A DNA stretch of 64,000 nucleotides from NCBI GenBank assembly GCA_017548365.1, contig JAFZAC010000031.1, positions 5,248-69,247 on the forward strand. Reading direction: 5' to 3'. Positions 48,894 through 59,620 of this stretch are shown here, one piece after another. The notes under the pieces were generated by a model. The model did no database searches. It was not told where the DNA came from and saw nothing but the letters and a program-made list of their open reading frames with translations. This DNA comes from Muribaculaceae bacterium (lineage in GTDB: Bacteria; Bacteroidota; Bacteroidia; Bacteroidales; Muribaculaceae). The first letter of the stretch is position 1. Each line of letters starts with the position of its first letter. A program made the translations under genes and the position numbers.

Positions 48894-49094
48894 TTCTGTA
48901 TTCTCGTTTTTACTGTTTCATTATACCTAACCCCCCGAAATGGTAGTATTTTCATCCATTCATCATCTGGGATTGGCGCCTCTTTTCATTTCAAACCACA
49001 AAGTTAGTGAAAATTCATTTTATTCCAACTAATATTTGAAAGAAAAATTTGTTTTTTTCCAAAAACGACCTCTTTTACATACTATCTCATAAAA

Positions 49095-49147
49095 CTTGCC
49101 CCTCACATTGCAATTCCTTCAGTGGAATGCTCTATGTGAAGGGCAAG
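49095..49147 (-). terminator. Long hairpin downstream of pepT
   Basis: CTTGCCCCTCACAT...ATGTGAAGGGCAAG enclosing GCAATTCC/GGAATGC. Confidence 0.55.
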
Positions 49148-49203
49148 AATCTTATATGACAGCTTTTCCTTATGAGATGATTGAAAAGCTGCTATTAATC
49201 CTT

Positions 49204-50433
49204 TTACTTCTCGGCAACAATCTTGCAAATCTCCACCACGGTCATCATGGCTTTCTCCATGGCTTGGATAGAGACATACTCATAGCGTCCGTGCATGTTC
49301 ATGCCACCGGCGAAGATGTTGGGGCATGGCAGATTCTTGAACGAGAGCTGAGCTCCGTCGGTGCCACCGCGAATGGGTTGCACTTTGGGCTTGACACCGG
49401 CACGCTCCATAGCCTGCTCAGCAGTCTCAATGATGTGCATAACTGGCTCAATCTTCTCGCGCATGTTGTAGTACTGGTCTTTGAGCTCTACAGTCGCGAT
49501 GTCACCATAGGTGCCGTTGATGAAGGCAACCACACGTTCCACCTCTTTCTTGCGAGCCTCAAAGCGATCGCGGTCGTGGTCGCGGATAATGTAGGTGAGC
49601 TTGCACTCCTCAACGGTGCCCTCGATGCCAACGATGTGGTAGAAACCCTCATATTTCTCGGTAGTGGCAGGAGTCTGGCTCTCGGGCAGCAGCGACATGA
49701 GCTTGTTACCAACGAGTATAGCGTTTATCATCTTGTTCTTTGCCATACCGGGATGCACATTCAGGCCCTTGATGGTAATCTTAGCGCTGGCAGCATTGAA
49801 GTTCTCATACTCGAGCTCGCCCTCGGCACCACCATCCATGGTGTAGGCCCATTCAGCACCAAACTTCTCAACATCAAACTTGTGAGCACCAAGGCCAATC
49901 TCCTCGTCGGGATTGAAACCAATGCGGATTTTGCCGTGCTTCACCTCGGGATGCTGCTGGAACCATTCAATAGCGGTCACAATCTCGGCGATACCGGCCT
50001 TGTCGTCGGCGCCCAGCAGTGTAGTGCCGTCGGTAACGATAAGGTCTTGGCCAATATGGTCGTCGAGCTCAGGGAACTGCACCGGGTCAAGCACGATGCC
50101 TTTCTCCTCGTTGAGGGTTATAGCGCCGCCAGCATATTTCTCAATGATGCGGGGCTTCACGTCCTTGCCGCTCATGTCGGGGGCAGTGTCCATGTGAGCG
50201 ATAAAGCCCAGTGTGGGTATAGGTTTGTCGGTGTTAGCGGGCAGAGTGGCATAGAGGTAGCCGTTGTCGTCAAGCTCAACCTCGCTCAATCCCATTTCCT
50301 CAAGGTCTTTCTTCAATTCCTTGGCAAAGACCATCTGTGTGGGGGTCGACGGGGTCACACCGGTATTCTCATCACTTGTGGTTTCAAACTTCACATACTT
50401 AATAAAACGATCAATTAATGGTGTCATAGTCAT
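49204..50433 (-). CDS. pepT: Peptidase T (tripeptide aminopeptidase)
   Basis: [32 protein letters not shown] and HGRYE motifs. Confidence 0.96.
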   Translation of the reverse strand: MTMTPLIDRFIKYVKFETTSDENTGVTPSTPTQMVFAKELKKDLEEMGLSEVELDDNGYLYATLPANTDKPIPTLGFIAHMDTAPDMSGKDVKPRIIEKYAGGAITLNEEKGIVLDPVQFPELDDHIGQDLIVTDGTTLLGADDKAGIAEIVTAIEWFQQHPEVKHGKIRIGFNPDEEIGLGAHKFDVEKFGAEWAYTMDGGAEGELEYENFNAASAKITIKGLNVHPGMAKNKMINAILVGNKLMSLLPESQTPATTEKYEGFYHIVGIEGTVEECKLTYIIRDHDRDRFEARKKEVERVVAFINGTYGDIATVELKDQYYNMREKIEPVMHIIETAEQAMERAGVKPKVQPIRGGTDGAQLSFKNLPCPNIFAGGMNMHGRYEYVSIQAMEKAMMTVVEICKIVAEK

Positions 50434-50686
50434 TTAGTTATTGTGTTAGAATATTTATCAAAAATATAGTCATACTTATTTTCTGCAAAAATACAACTAA
50501 ATACCGACAATACATCATTTTTTACTGAAAAAAAGTCGGTTAATATTGTGCCATCGTGAAAAGTTAAAGTAAAACTCATTCTGTTTCAAAGTTTTTTTGT
50601 ACCTTTGCCGTTTGTTATGGATTTGGCACAATTTTTGCTGCAATCTATTATCGTTTTATTAGAAAATCAAATACAAAATATTCAAT

Positions 50687-53600
50687 ATGTCATTTAATAG
50701 TTTTTTGAAATCAATCTTCGGCAACAAGAGTGAGCGTGACTTGAAGAAGCTCATGCCCATCGTGCGCAAGATTCAGGCGGTTTATCCCGAAATCGAGCAC
50801 TTGTCGAACGATGAACTGCGTGAACGCAGTGCCGCAATTAAAGCTGAGATTCAAGAGTATGTAAAACCACAGCGCGACGAGATTGCAGCCATTAAGGCCG
50901 AAATCGAGACTCTAGAGTATGAAGAGCGCGAGCCACTGTGGGGGAAAATTGACAAACTAGAGAAAGAAGTTCTCGACCGAATCGAAGACAAGCTCAACGA
51001 AGTTCTTCCAACGGTATTTGCTATCGTCAAGGAGACTGCAAAACGATTTACCGAGAACGAAGACATCGAAGTAACCGCTACCGACTTTGACCGCAAACTT
51101 GCAGCCGACGGACACGACTTCCTTGACATTGATGGCGACAAAGCCATATACCACAACACTTGGGAAGCCGGCGGTAATGAGATGACTTGGAACATGGTTC
51201 ACTATGACGTTCAGCTCATTGGTGGTTCGGTGCTCCATCAAGGTAAGATTGCCGAGATGGCAACTGGTGAGGGTAAGACCCTGGTGGCTACTCTGCCAGT
51301 ATTTCTTAACGCCTTATCGGGCTGCGGTGTGCATGTGGTTACCGTGAACGACTACCTCGCCAAACGTGACTCGGAGTGGATGGGTCCACTCTATATGTTC
51401 CACGGTTTGAGCGTGGCATGTATCGACAAGACCGAACCCAATAGCGACGAGCGCCGCAACGCCTACAATTGCGACATTACATTTGGTACCAACAGTGAGT
51501 TTGGCTTCGACTACCTGCGCGACAACATGGCAATGGCACCCGAAGACTGCGTTCAGCGTCCTCATCACTATGCTATTGTCGACGAGGTCGACTCGGTGCT
51601 TATCGATGACGCCCGTACTCCATTGATCATCTCTGGTCCTGTGCCTCGTGGCGAGGATCAGATGTTTGACGAATACAAGCCAAATGTTGAGCGTGTGTAC
51701 AATGCACAGCGCAGTCTCGTCACTCAGTTGCTGAGCGATGCCCGCCGCATGATGGCTAGCGACAACCCCGATGAGGTAAAAGAAGGCACATTGCTACTCT
51801 ACCGTGCATTCAAGGGTCTGCCCAAGTACAAGCCATTGATCAAATACCTCTCTCAAGAGGGTGTTAAGCAGGCTATGCTTAAAATCGAGGCTATTTACAT
51901 GCAGGACAACAGCCGCGAAATGCACGTAGTGACCGATCCTCTATACTTCATCATCGAAGAGCAGAACAACACCGTTGAGCTCACCGACAAGGGTATCGAC
52001 GTGCTCACTAAGGGCACCGACGACCCCAAGTTCTTCGTGCTTCCTGATATCGCCAGCGAACTCTCGGCAGTGACCAACGAACCGCTCAGCGAGGAGGAAA
52101 AGCTCGTCAAGAAAGACGAGTTACTGCAGAACTACTCGGTTAAAGCCGAGCGCGTTCACACTGTTACCCAGTTGCTCAAGGCCTACACCCTGTTCAACCG
52201 TGACGACGAGTACATCGTTGACGAGGAAGGCAAGGTGAAAATCGTTGACGAGCAGACGGGACGTATCATGGAAGGACGCCGTTACAGCGACGGTCTGCAC
52301 CAGGCAATCGAGGCCAAGGAAGGCGTGAAAGTGGAGGCTGCAACACAAACATTCGCCACTATCACCCTACAGAATTACTTCCGTATGTACCACAAGCTTG
52401 CTGGTATGACCGGTACCGCCATGACCGAGGCGGGTGAGTTCTGGGAGATCTACAAACTCGACGTTGTAAACATCCCAACCAACCGCCCTGTAATCCGCAA
52501 GGACAACCCCGACCGCGTGTTCAAGACCGAGAAGGAAAAGTTCAATGCCGTTATCGAAGAAATCGTGAGGATGCGCGACGCCGGACGTCCAACGCTGGTG
52601 GGTACTACAAGCGTGGAAATCTCAGAGCGCTTGAGCCGTCAGCTGAGCCTGCGACACATCGAGCACAACGTGCTTAATGCCAAGCTGCACCAAAAGGAGG
52701 CCGACATTGTGGCACAAGCCGGACGTCAGGTCAACGGCAAGGGTGTTGTGACCATCGCCACCAACATGGCAGGTCGTGGTACCGATATCAAGCTCTCTCC
52801 CGAGGTTAAGGAGGCAGGCGGTCTCGCCATCATCGGCACCGAGCGCCACGAGTCACGCCGCGTCGACAACCAGCTTCGTGGTCGTGCCGGACGTCAGGGA
52901 GACCCTGGTAGCTCTGTTTTCTTCGTTTCGTTTGAAGACAAGGTAATGCGCCTCTTCGCCAGCGAGCGAGTAGTTAAACTGCTCGACCGTCTGGGTCTGC
53001 ATGATGGAGAGATGATTGAGTCGCCCATGGTAACCAAGAGTATCGAGAACGCTCAAAAACGTGTTGAGGAGAACAACTTCGGTATCCGTAAGCACACCCT
53101 TGAGTATGACGATGTGATGAACGTTCAGCGTAACGTGATTTACACCCGCCGTCACCATGCGTTGATTGGAGAGCGCATCGGCACCGATATCATAAACACT
53201 ATCAACGATGCCGTTGAGGATATTGTCAACAAATATGGACCAAGCGAGTACGAAGACTTCAAGATAAATGTACTTTCCACATTTGCTATTGAGCCACCGT
53301 TTGACGAAGAAGACTATCGCAAGAACGACAACAACAAGAACTGCGAGAAACTCTCTGAAGCTGTGCTCACAGCATTCCGTCGCAAAACCGAACGTCTGTC
53401 GGAAGTTGCCAATCCTATCATCCAAAGAATTTGCAAGCAGCAGTTGGATGCAGGTGCTCCCGAGCCCGAGGGCAAGATGCGAGTGCCCATCACCGACGGC
53501 AAGCGCACCTATGGCATCGTCATCGACATGAAGGAGGCCTATGAGACTCAGAGCAAGTGCATCGCCAAGGCATGGCAGAAAGCAATCCTGCTGCTCTCTA

Positions 53601-54037
53601 TCGACGAGAGCTGGAAGGTGCATCTGCGCGAGCTTGACCAGTTGCGTCAGAGTGTACAGAACGCTAGCTACGAGCAAAAAGACCCATTGGTAATCTACAA
53701 GCTCGAATCGTTCGACCTCTTCAAGGTGATGCTCGGTGACATGAACAACAAGGCTATTTCGTCGCTCATGCGTGGTCAGATTCCTGTTCAGGATGAAAAC
53801 GACGTACAGCGTGCAAGCGATAACGAGCCTCGTCGTCGCCAGCGCTACAACGAGGGACGTGGCGATGCTGTAGCAGCAGCTGCAGCAGCCCAACGCCAAG
53901 CAGGTATGGGTGCAAGTCAAGCTGGACGCGGTCCTGTGGCACCCATCCGCAACGAGGGTCCCAAGATTGGTCGCAACGATCCATGTCCATGCGGCAGCGG
54001 CAAGAAATACAAGAACTGCCACGGCCGAGGACTTTAA
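50687..54037 (+). CDS. secA: Preprotein translocase subunit SecA
   Basis: [42 protein letters not shown] and the C-terminal [22 protein letters not shown]. Confidence 0.98.
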   Translation: MSFNSFLKSIFGNKSERDLKKLMPIVRKIQAVYPEIEHLSNDELRERSAAIKAEIQEYVKPQRDEIAAIKAEIETLEYEEREPLWGKIDKLEKEVLDRIEDKLNEVLPTVFAIVKETAKRFTENEDIEVTATDFDRKLAADGHDFLDIDGDKAIYHNTWEAGGNEMTWNMVHYDVQLIGGSVLHQGKIAEMATGEGKTLVATLPVFLNALSGCGVHVVTVNDYLAKRDSEWMGPLYMFHGLSVACIDKTEPNSDERRNAYNCDITFGTNSEFGFDYLRDNMAMAPEDCVQRPHHYAIVDEVDSVLIDDARTPLIISGPVPRGEDQMFDEYKPNVERVYNAQRSLVTQLLSDARRMMASDNPDEVKEGTLLLYRAFKGLPKYKPLIKYLSQEGVKQAMLKIEAIYMQDNSREMHVVTDPLYFIIEEQNNTVELTDKGIDVLTKGTDDPKFFVLPDIASELSAVTNEPLSEEEKLVKKDELLQNYSVKAERVHTVTQLLKAYTLFNRDDEYIVDEEGKVKIVDEQTGRIMEGRRYSDGLHQAIEAKEGVKVEAATQTFATITLQNYFRMYHKLAGMTGTAMTEAGEFWEIYKLDVVNIPTNRPVIRKDNPDRVFKTEKEKFNAVIEEIVRMRDAGRPTLVGTTSVEISERLSRQLSLRHIEHNVLNAKLHQKEADIVAQAGRQVNGKGVVTIATNMAGRGTDIKLSPEVKEAGGLAIIGTERHESRRVDNQLRGRAGRQGDPGSSVFFVSFEDKVMRLFASERVVKLLDRLGLHDGEMIESPMVTKSIENAQKRVEENNFGIRKHTLEYDDVMNVQRNVIYTRRHHALIGERIGTDIINTINDAVEDIVNKYGPSEYEDFKINVLSTFAIEPPFDEEDYRKNDNNKNCEKLSEAVLTAFRRKTERLSEVANPIIQRICKQQLDAGAPEPEGKMRVPITDGKRTYGIVIDMKEAYETQSKCIAKAWQKAILLLSIDESWKVHLRELDQLRQSVQNASYEQKDPLVIYKLESFDLFKVMLGDMNNKAISSLMRGQIPVQDENDVQRASDNEPRRRQRYNEGRGDAVAAAAAAQRQAGMGASQAGRGPVAPIRNEGPKIGRNDPCPCGSGKKYKNCHGRGL

Positions 54038-54064
54038 ATAATTAACAATGCATAATGGCATAAC

Positions 54065-54099
54065 AAAATCCCCTTGAGCGAAATGCTCAAGGGGATTTT
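54065..54099. terminator. Bidirectional terminator after secA
   Basis: Perfect 15-bp IR AAAATCCCCTTGAGC-gaaat-GCTCAAGGGGATTTT. Confidence 0.85.
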
Positions 54100-54121
54100 C
54101 AATCTAAAACCCATTTAAAAA

Positions 54122-54763
54122 TTATCGATAAATCTTCTTAGTGGTTTTGTTGCCTTGCTTCTCAATCACGATGCCAGGCTGAGGACCATTGAGCTTGCGT
54201 CCCTGCAAGTCATAGTACTCTACCGACATTGGGTTCACATCAATACCGTCTATTCCTGTCCAGGTTTGACGAGTATAAGGGAATGTGATAACAAGAAAAT
54301 AATCATCTTGATTATAGCTGCCGCTTGAAGGAACCTGCTCAGTAAAATGATAAGTCACTGTCACAGTTTGCTCATCTGAATCATTTTCTCTGTCAAGTCT
54401 TACTTCTGAATGAACAACAATATCATAGGCTGTCTTTCCAACAGTTATTGATGATGTTGTTCCAGGATTGGTCTGCTCTTGTGAATATTCGTTGCTGCAT
54501 GTTTGAGTAACCTCAAAATCTTCCTCAAAATGCTCTATAACGATATCGCAATAGAACCAATACTCGCTCAAATAAATGTTTTTCAAAGTCAAACGATAAT
54601 CAGTTCCAAATATCCTTGCAGCCTTCTCAAGAAGTTGTGAATTGTTATTATTGATATATGACTTAGGAATATTAATATAATCCGTATCATATTCACTTGC
54701 ATAGCTCAACAAAGAGCACACACTCATCATTACCACCAAAAAAGCATTTCTAAAAATTTTCAT
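54122..54763 (-). CDS. Exported hypothetical protein with a short T9SS-type C-terminal domain
   Basis: Start reassigned to MKIFRNAFLVV (signal peptide); C-terminus TGIDGI...EYYDLQGRKL...GIVIEKQGNKTTKKIYR; AT-rich. Confidence 0.7.
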   Translation of the reverse strand: MKIFRNAFLVVMMSVCSLLSYASEYDTDYINIPKSYINNNNSQLLEKAARIFGTDYRLTLKNIYLSEYWFYCDIVIEHFEEDFEVTQTCSNEYSQEQTNPGTTSSITVGKTAYDIVVHSEVRLDRENDSDEQTVTVTYHFTEQVPSSGSYNQDDYFLVITFPYTRQTWTGIDGIDVNPMSVEYYDLQGRKLNGPQPGIVIEKQGNKTTKKIYR

Positions 54764-54985
54764 AATCACATTACTATAAAAAATAAAGCCTACTCCCTTT
54801 TTAGCGTTTCGGCTGTCTCTATAAAATTGAAAAAAGTTACCTACCAAAATTGGACTGCAAAATTAGGTAGAGGTTTCATTAGGAGAGTAAAAAAAGTCAT
54901 AATTATTCTAAATATTTGTATGTAAACATTAAAATTTCGCTATTTGTGCAATTTTTCGCCCGAATTGACCATAATATCAAGAAAA

Positions 54986-55020
54986 AATTCCCCTTGAGCT
55001 TGAAACGCCCAAGGGGAATT
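54986..55020 (-). terminator. Terminator after the metallopeptidase gene; homologous to the secA terminator
   Basis: AATTCCCCTTGAGC-ttgaaac-GCCCAAGGGGAATT; its single mismatch is a G-U pair on the minus strand. Confidence 0.75.
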
Positions 55021-55067
55021 TATTCATAATGCACCATGCATTATTTCATCATGTTTAGCGCATTTTC

Positions 55068-55970
55068 TTAAAGTTGGCTATAGTCTTGTTGCATTGCGGT
55101 GTTGATACCGGCCTTTACATCACCAACTTGATATCCAGCTTTAAACCAGCGCATGCGTTGGTCACTGGTACCGTGAGTAAAACTCTCGGGCATCGCATAG
55201 CCTTGAGCCCTCTTCTGCAAGTAGTCGTCACCAATCTTTTGGGCACACTTGATTGCCTCTTCCAAGTCGCCATCACTCATCGATTTAAAGCGCTGGTTGT
55301 CGTAATGAGCCCAGCATCCTGCCAGATAGTCGGCAAGCAGCTCAATGCGCACGCTCTCCTTGTTGGCTTGGGCGCTGCCCTGGCCATAGCGAGCCATCTT
55401 GCTGTGAATCTGCTGGAGCACGCCTGTAAGGTATTCAACATGGTGTCCCACCTCGTGAGCAATCACATAGGCATAAGAGAAGTCGCCACCAGCACCCAAT
55501 TGCTGCTCCATACTAGAGAAGAACGACAAGTCAATATACAAACACTGGTCACCGCTGCAATAGAATGGTCCCATTGCTGCCTGACCTTGACCGCAAGCAG
55601 TACTTGTTGAACCTGTATAAAGCACCATCTTGGGATTCTTATATTCCCCAAGTCCCTGCTGCTCGAAAATCTGAGACCAAATGTCCTCGGTACCGCCCAA
55701 AACCTTCTTTGAGAACGATGCAAGTTCTTGCTCTTCCTGAGTAAACTCTACTGGCTGGCCATTATTGTCGGTGCTTTCCTGCATTGTGATTCCACCACCC
55801 ATCTGGCCCATCTGACCAAGGATGCTGCCTAAGTCACCACCGCCCATGAACATAGCAACCAGTGCTATAATAATACCCATGATGCCGCCACCAAGGCCGA
55901 ACTTTGTGCCACCGCTCATACCACGGCGATCTTCTACATTTGTACTCTCTCTACGTCCGTCTAAATCCAT
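55068..55970 (-). CDS. YpfJ-like neutral zinc metallopeptidase
   Basis: RRESTNVEDRR, MGPFYC, AYVIAHEVGHH, ELLADYLAG and FTHGTS motifs. Confidence 0.9.
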   Translation of the reverse strand: MDLDGRRESTNVEDRRGMSGGTKFGLGGGIMGIIIALVAMFMGGGDLGSILGQMGQMGGGITMQESTDNNGQPVEFTQEEQELASFSKKVLGGTEDIWSQIFEQQGLGEYKNPKMVLYTGSTSTACGQGQAAMGPFYCSGDQCLYIDLSFFSSMEQQLGAGGDFSYAYVIAHEVGHHVEYLTGVLQQIHSKMARYGQGSAQANKESVRIELLADYLAGCWAHYDNQRFKSMSDGDLEEAIKCAQKIGDDYLQKRAQGYAMPESFTHGTSDQRMRWFKAGYQVGDVKAGINTAMQQDYSQL

Positions 55971-56156
55971 AAGTATAATTTTTTAAGTTTATAATCAATT
56001 TCATTTAACTTGCAAAAATACCATTTTTTTAATAAAAAACAACCATTATCGCATTAAAATAATTATCACACAGCAAAAAAAAGACACCCAAATTGTTTTT
56101 TTTCGATTTTTTACAAAAAAACTAAGCAAAACGCTTGCCAGTTCAAAAAATAGTTG

Positions 56157-56164
56157 TACCTTTG
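56157..56164 (+). promoter_or_regulatory. -7 promoter box for tRNA-Lys
   Basis: TACCTTTG 34 nt upstream of the tRNA. Confidence 0.6.
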
Positions 56165-56197
56165 CAGTCGGAAATCAACAAAATGATTTCTTTTTTT

Positions 56198-56270
56198 GAC
56201 TCCGTGGCTCAGTTGGTAGAGCAACTGACTCTTAATCAGTGGGTCGAGGGTTCGAGCCCCTCCGGGGTCA
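56198..56270 (+). tRNA. tRNA-Lys (CTT)
   Basis: GACTCCG acceptor stem, ACTGA-CT-CTT-AA-TCAGT anticodon arm, GAGGG-TTCGAGC-CCCTC T arm; 73 nt. Confidence 0.96.
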
Positions 56271-56327
56271 CCTTAAAAGTCGGCTAGCAAGCTTTTAATC
56301 AGCATGTTAGCCGATTTTTATTTTCAA

Positions 56328-56351
56328 AAATCCCCATATAAATCCCCATAT
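56328..56351 (+). repeat. Perfect 12-bp tandem direct repeat (candidate integrase arm-type sites)
   Basis: AAATCCCCATAT x2, 58 nt downstream of the tRNA, after the hairpin CGGCTAGCA/TGTTAGCCG (56281-56313). Confidence 0.65.
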
Positions 56352-56592
56352 CTGAATAGAATAACTTCCCATGTTACTCAAAGCCAATCGCATTAACATT
56401 CTTTAACCGACATAAATGGTAATAAACTTTTGCACATTCTCACCGCGTTTTATACCAAATTATTTCAGATTAATCATGTTCTATTATGATGTGTTTTGTT
56501 AGTAACTTTTATTGGTCGAACTCGTTGTTGTTCAAAACTTATTGTAACTTTGCAATCAATTAGAAACAACCTCAAACTTTAGATTTATTTCT

Positions 56593-57474
56593 ATGAATTA
56601 CAATTCAACAAAACAGTACGGCGCGATGATTAAGGAAATGGCATCGCAAATAGCCCAAAGCAATAATATATATAATGTGTCGGCAAAGTTATATGAAGCG
56701 TATAATGAATCGCTTTATTTGATTTCACGATTATCATTTAAAGAATTGTATGATAATTATCCAAACAACCAAAAAGTCCTATCATTCGTTATTGATGAGT
56801 ATGTGATAGACGATAAAGTAAGAGAGGTCTTCCTTACAAAGCTTTTCCAAAATGATGATTTTGAGATAGAGTTCATAAAACGCGATATTGGAGGTGCCTA
56901 TAATTTTCTTTGTGCCACTCAAACCCTACTCCAGGCTATGGCAATAACAGCACACCCCATCCAGTACAAGGAAGGCCAGTTGACTACTGCATTAGAACAA
57001 GTCATCAAGCCAGTAATCGAGCCATCAATAAAGAACGCTGAGAATTTTGGTTTTGCATTCAACAGTCTAGCAGCGAAAGATGCACTGAAAGCCGCCGCAG
57101 AACAAACAGAACAAGTGAAAGCAGAAAAGACTAAAGAGCCTAAATCAAAATATAAAATTGAGAATGAGCAATTACTTTTGGATATTTACAAAATATTACA
57201 AGAACAGAAAATCATATCAAATGATGTGTCTTTCGTTCTTATAAATAAAATAGTTGCAAGCGGAAACGCAAGTATAATTAAGCCACTTAAGAAATGGGCA
57301 TTCTTCATTGCATTGTATTTCATGAAAGATAGCATAAGTAATAATACCAAAGAATGGGTTGCAGACATCACAAAATCACTTGGCATAAAACAAAATGCAC
57401 TAACACAAAACAAACCCACCTATGAAGAATTATATGAATTGTTAGAAGAAACTGTAGAAAAGAATCTCAAATAG
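56593..57474 (+). CDS. Hypothetical protein (position of NBU orf2-type genes)
   Basis: 293-aa AT-rich ORF with TAACTTTG upstream; no recognisable motif. Confidence 0.7.
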   Translation: MNYNSTKQYGAMIKEMASQIAQSNNIYNVSAKLYEAYNESLYLISRLSFKELYDNYPNNQKVLSFVIDEYVIDDKVREVFLTKLFQNDDFEIEFIKRDIGGAYNFLCATQTLLQAMAITAHPIQYKEGQLTTALEQVIKPVIEPSIKNAENFGFAFNSLAAKDALKAAAEQTEQVKAEKTKEPKSKYKIENEQLLLDIYKILQEQKIISNDVSFVLINKIVASGNASIIKPLKKWAFFIALYFMKDSISNNTKEWVADITKSLGIKQNALTQNKPTYEELYELLEETVEKNLK

Positions 57475-57478
57475 TATA

Positions 57479-57617
57479 TTTGCCATATTTTGCCATATTT
57501 GCCATAAAAAATATTTTACAACATGCAATGGCTATTACACTGAAATACAGGTAATAGTCATTGATTGTTTTTGATATTACTTTTGTTGTTTTTTTAAGTT
57601 TGCCATAAATTGCCATA
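57479..57617 (+). repeat. Five TTGCCATA direct repeats (3+2, 10-bp period) flanking a 13-bp inverted repeat
   Basis: TTTGCCATA at 57479, 57489, 57499 and 57599; TTGCCATA at 57610; IR CAATGGCTATTAC/GTAATAGTCATTG at 57526-57563. Confidence 0.8.
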
Positions 57618-57751
57618 AAAAGACGGCAGTAACTTTGCAATGTCCGAATGATGAAAGACTGACAAGGACAATTGTCGAGAGCTTGATTCTGAAGGTCACA
57701 AGTTAACGAGGTTTGTCCACCTCATTATTAACCTATAAAATCTAAGATCAC

Positions 57752-58066
57752 ATGAATAGGTATTTAGATTTATCTGAAATTATTGAAGCGAATCCTAACG
57801 TGATTCTTCAAATCAAAGGAGAAGACCTAAAAGAGTTTTCTAATCATCTTTTGCTTGGTACGCAGAGTATCGCCCACGAACAGGCCGAGTTGGCTGAGAA
57901 AGCCGACAAGTTGTTAACCGTAGAGGAAGCGGCCAAGATGCTGTCGGTGTCGAAGATGACACTGCACCGCTGGGACAAGAACGGCATTTTAAAGAAGGTA
58001 GAGATCGGCGGCAAGCGTCGCTACCGCTTGAGTGACATTGAGAAACTTGTTGGATGTAAAATGTAA
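57752..58066 (+). CDS. Helix-turn-helix excisionase-like protein
   Basis: LLTVEEAAKMLSVSKMTLHRWDKNGILKKVEIGGKRRYRLSDI (HTH_17/MerR-like). Confidence 0.88.
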   Translation: MNRYLDLSEIIEANPNVILQIKGEDLKEFSNHLLLGTQSIAHEQAELAEKADKLLTVEEAAKMLSVSKMTLHRWDKNGILKKVEIGGKRRYRLSDIEKLVGCKM

Positions 58067-58071
58067 AGAAC

Positions 58072-59343
58072 ATGGCAACTAACAACTCAAATCCTAATAA
58101 TGGTAAGCTCCGTCTCCATGACGAGGTGGGGCTTCCCATTGACGGCCTGCCTTTGCAGGTTCAGACGTTCATTAACGAGATTGCATCGAAATATAACTGC
58201 CCAAGGGAATTTCCAGTCGCTGCTGTAATCTCAGCAATTTCTACAGTAATTGGAAAACGCATAATGATTTATGATGGTTTTTATACTAATCCTTTAGAGA
58301 TTTGGCTTACTATAGTTGCTCCGAGTGGTTCTAACAAAACAGCTCCAGCTAAGGAAGTCTTTAAACCATTACGCGAGATCAACAACAGAAATGGCGAATT
58401 ATTTAAGAGAGAGTATGCGGCATGGAAAGCCGATAAAGACCGTGACGAGTCAAACCCTCCGCGCCTGAACCAGATAATTGTTGATGACCACACAGAAGAG
58501 TCACGGAATTCCATTCTGCAGTATAGCAAAACAGGCATCCTAGCCTACCAACCTGAAATTAAAGGGTTCTTTGATGACCTGAATCGTTATGTTAAAAGTG
58601 GCGCAATATCTAGGATTCTCAGGCTCTTTGATGGCGACAGTTTTGTTGTCAACCGTAAGGGGGAAGAAGAACCATTAATACTCAAGAATGCGTTCATGAA
58701 TATTTTTGGTGACATTCAGCCCGATCTTCTTCGTTCAACGTTTGGCAATGAACTATTTGTCTACAATGGCATGAATCAGCGTTTCTTGTTTGTATGGCCC
58801 GACAATTTTGAATTTCCCCCAAGAGAGATAATCCATCTTGACCAGGAGATACTCAATAAATGGGCTGCCAGTCTTATTCGTATCTATAATTATGAACATC
58901 TTGAAGGGACTATAAACATCACAGGGAAGTGTGAGCAAATGTATAAAGAATACTATGATTCCCCACAAGAAAAGAAGGCTACTAACTTCGATAACAGTTA
59001 CCTGATTTCAATCTATGGAAAACTTCAGATTCATGTAGAACGCCTGGCTGGCATAGTACACATGATGAGTTTGATTGAGAATTCATCATACACTTTCAAC
59101 ATATCGGAACAAGCCATGGATTATGCCATACGTTGCATGCGCTATTTTGAGCACACCGCCATAAAGGTGTATGAAAAGATATTTGACATCAATCAGCAGA
59201 AGACTGTTGTCATGCCCACCACTCTAGCAGGTTGGATTAGATTGTTCGCCGAAAACGTTCGCATTACCAACCAAAAGGCTTTCGCACATGGAATATCAAG
59301 AGATCCTGCTTATATTTCGAAAGCGCTAAACGGTAAAGTGTAG
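58072..59343 (+). CDS. DUF3987/YfjI-family P-loop protein (putative helicase)
   Basis: CPREFP, degenerate Walker A VAPSGSNKT, EIKGFF, GMNQRFLF and ERLAG motifs. Confidence 0.78.
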   Translation: MATNNSNPNNGKLRLHDEVGLPIDGLPLQVQTFINEIASKYNCPREFPVAAVISAISTVIGKRIMIYDGFYTNPLEIWLTIVAPSGSNKTAPAKEVFKPLREINNRNGELFKREYAAWKADKDRDESNPPRLNQIIVDDHTEESRNSILQYSKTGILAYQPEIKGFFDDLNRYVKSGAISRILRLFDGDSFVVNRKGEEEPLILKNAFMNIFGDIQPDLLRSTFGNELFVYNGMNQRFLFVWPDNFEFPPREIIHLDQEILNKWAASLIRIYNYEHLEGTINITGKCEQMYKEYYDSPQEKKATNFDNSYLISIYGKLQIHVERLAGIVHMMSLIENSSYTFNISEQAMDYAIRCMRYFEHTAIKVYEKIFDINQQKTVVMPTTLAGWIRLFAENVRITNQKAFAHGISRDPAYISKALNGKV

Positions 59344-59348
59344 TTTTA

Positions 59349-59587
59349 TGTCAATGTCAATGCCGAAATTGCCTTGCAATGCCCACCAATTGGGCTATTT
59401 GGACTCTTCTCGGCATTGACATACATAAAAAATAGCAACTGAGTATCAATAAGTTAAGTATCATATAAAAGTCAATATAATTGACAAATGTGCGGAAATA
59501 CTTATTCTTTAGATGTCAACATCGAAAAGCACCCTTAAGCCCTATCAGACAGAGAGATACCTATCATTTTCATGTTGACAATTGACA
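59349..59587. repeat. Cluster of TGTCAA/TTGACA boxes in nested inverted repeats
   Basis: Seven exact copies (59349, 59355, 59416, 59481, 59514, 59575, 59582); perfect 13-bp IR at 59354-59366/59410-59422. Confidence 0.75.
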
Positions 59588-59620
59588 TCGTTTTTATTTT
59601 TCATACAAAAAAGCAAAAAA

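Noticed and set aside
49096-50418. 440-aa + strand ORF
   Set aside because: Antisense shadow of pepT caused by codon bias; no motifs.
53850-53950. Ala/Gly-rich low-complexity stretch near the secA 3' end
   Set aside because: Ordinary flexible linker before the SEC-C motif.
52853-54061. 402-aa minus-strand ORF
   Set aside because: Antisense shadow of secA.
57479-57617. Possible CRISPR array
   Set aside because: Repeats are only 8-9 bp at 10-bp period with no unique spacers and no cas genes. No CRISPR array was seen anywhere in the window.
59349-59587. TTGACA copies as sigma70 -35 elements
   Set aside because: Bacteroidetes primary promoters use TTTG/TAnnTTTG, the copies occur in both orientations, and no matching -10 boxes are evident.
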